DNA of 64,000 nucleotides from Camelus ferus (Eukaryota). Location: positions 44,890,001-44,954,000 of the forward strand of contig NC_045697.1 of the NCBI RefSeq assembly GCF_009834535.1, read 5' to 3'. A program made the position numbers and the translations under genes. The notes under the pieces were generated by a model. It was not told where the DNA came from. It ran no database searches and was given only the letters and a program-made list of their open reading frames with translations. Of this stretch, positions 62,756 through 64,000 are shown piece after piece (the first letter of the stretch is position 1; each line of letters opens with the position of its first letter).

Positions 62756-63601
62756 TTTAAAAAAAAAAAAGAGGCAGAGGTTTATTTTTTATCACAATTT
62801 ACCATGAAAAATAAAACAAGGTGAAATATCCATGAGGAGTGACCAGTCAGGCCTGGGGTTGCCAAAGAATGCTTAATGATGATTAATTATGAGAGATGTT
62901 CCCCCTAGGAAAGGGCGTTTGCTTGCTTATTTATTTTCGTGCACGCTTATTTAAATAAAGGCAATAGACAGTCTGGTTTTTTTCCATTCCTAATGTCAAA
63001 TAAATCCCTAGGAGCTGGAGAAAAAGCAACACAGATGTGATTGCTGCTCTAAATAATGAATTTTCCCTCAATGCCACCAAATTGCAAATGAGTCATGATA
63101 CACTCATGATTATTTCTTTAATGAAAATGTGACATTAAGACATTCCTAGCAACATAGTGAACTTCTGTTTGCTGATACAGCTGGCCTCTCATTAACCTTT
63201 TCACACATGCCATCGGATTCATCTTCTGTTCATCAAAGCTCTATATTCAAATCCCTCATAAATATGATATAAATATAAATGAACTTGGAGAGTTTTCTCT
63301 TCAGCTTGTGAGACAAGAGAGTTGGAGGCTCTACCTCCCAGTTCCACCAGCACCAAAGCCACTAAAAGCAAGATTGATGGCTGGAACAAATTGAAAGCTT
63401 GGATGACAGTTGTCCTGGAAAGTTTTAGGTCCCTATAATAAGTTCTCTTAGTGCACTGTGGTTACCTAACTGGCTCAGAGTCAGTCTTCACAGTTTACAT
63501 TATTTTCTGTCTGCTTGTCTTGAGAATGAAGTTGATAGAGACAGAGAAGAGGTAAGACAACTTAGAAAATGCTTATCTAACAACTTGAAAATGCTTATCT
63601 A

Positions 63602-63954
63602 ATACTTCTCAGCCATAAAAAAGGAATAAAATAATGCCATTGCAGCAACATAGATGGACCTGGAGACTGTCGTGCTAAGTGAAGTAAGTCAGCAAGAGAA
63701 AGAAAAATACCATATGCTGTCACTTATATGCAGAATCTAAAAAAATGACACAAGTGAACTTGTTTACAAAACGGAAACAGACTCACAGTCGTAGAAAACA
63801 AAATTGTGGTTACTGAGGGGGGAAGGGGGTGTGGAGGGATAAATTGGGAGTTTGGGATTTGCTAACTACTATATATAAAATAGATGAACAAGGTCCTACT
63901 GTATAGCACAGGGAACTATATTCAATTCCTTGTAATGGCCTAAGATGAAAAAGA

Positions 63955-63995
<41 letters not shown>

Positions 63996-64000
63996 ACTGA
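63602..64000 (+). mobile_element. Young L1 3' end (cetartiodactyl/camelid type) with (TG)n, running off the window
   Basis: 'tcagccataaaaaaggaataaaataatgccattgcagcaacatagatggacctggag...ctaagtgaagtaagtcag...aacaaggtcctactgtatagcacagggaactatattcaa'. Confidence 0.92.

Noticed and set aside
1..64000. Prokaryote-type systems, rRNA/tRNA genes, CpG-island promoter
   Set aside because: The window is CpG-depleted mammalian DNA with no operon-like ORFs, repeat-spacer arrays or recognisable structural RNA genes.

Overview
Mammalian (eutherian) genomic DNA, mostly non-coding and rich in old repeats (MIR, L2, MLT1/MLT2, LTR16, MER5/20/58/91, L1M, HAL1). The youngest L1 3' ends (57832-58103, 63602-64000, 22255-22381) resemble camelid/cetartiodactyl L1, and I saw no Alu, B1, Bov-tA, PRE1 or Can-SINE, so a camelid source is my inference. 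It looks like a long intron: one well-formed 54-nt + strand exon (5901-5954, host gene not recognised) and no intact protein-coding ORF. The supplied ORFs are repeat-derived or chance. There are no CRISPR, rRNA or tRNA genes. Main observations: (1) a fossil chromovirus-type (sushi-like) Ty3/Gypsy pol at about 25015-26680, with RNase H, HHCC finger, D-D(35)-E core, GPY/F and chromodomain remnants in order; (2) a roughly 420-460 bp diverged inverted duplication (about 11240-11698 and 14134-14560) bracketing a 2.4 kb enhancer-like spacer; (3) a 1.8 kb L1 with a 14-bp TSD whose 5' UTR-like segment is fused directly to the end of ORF2; (4) an L2 > MLT1 > ERV1-LTR nest with both TSDs visible; (5) a 110-bp polyadenylated retrocopy with a 15-bp TSD. 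Repeat families were assigned by eye from remembered consensus sequences, and boundaries are approximate unless a TSD fixes them.
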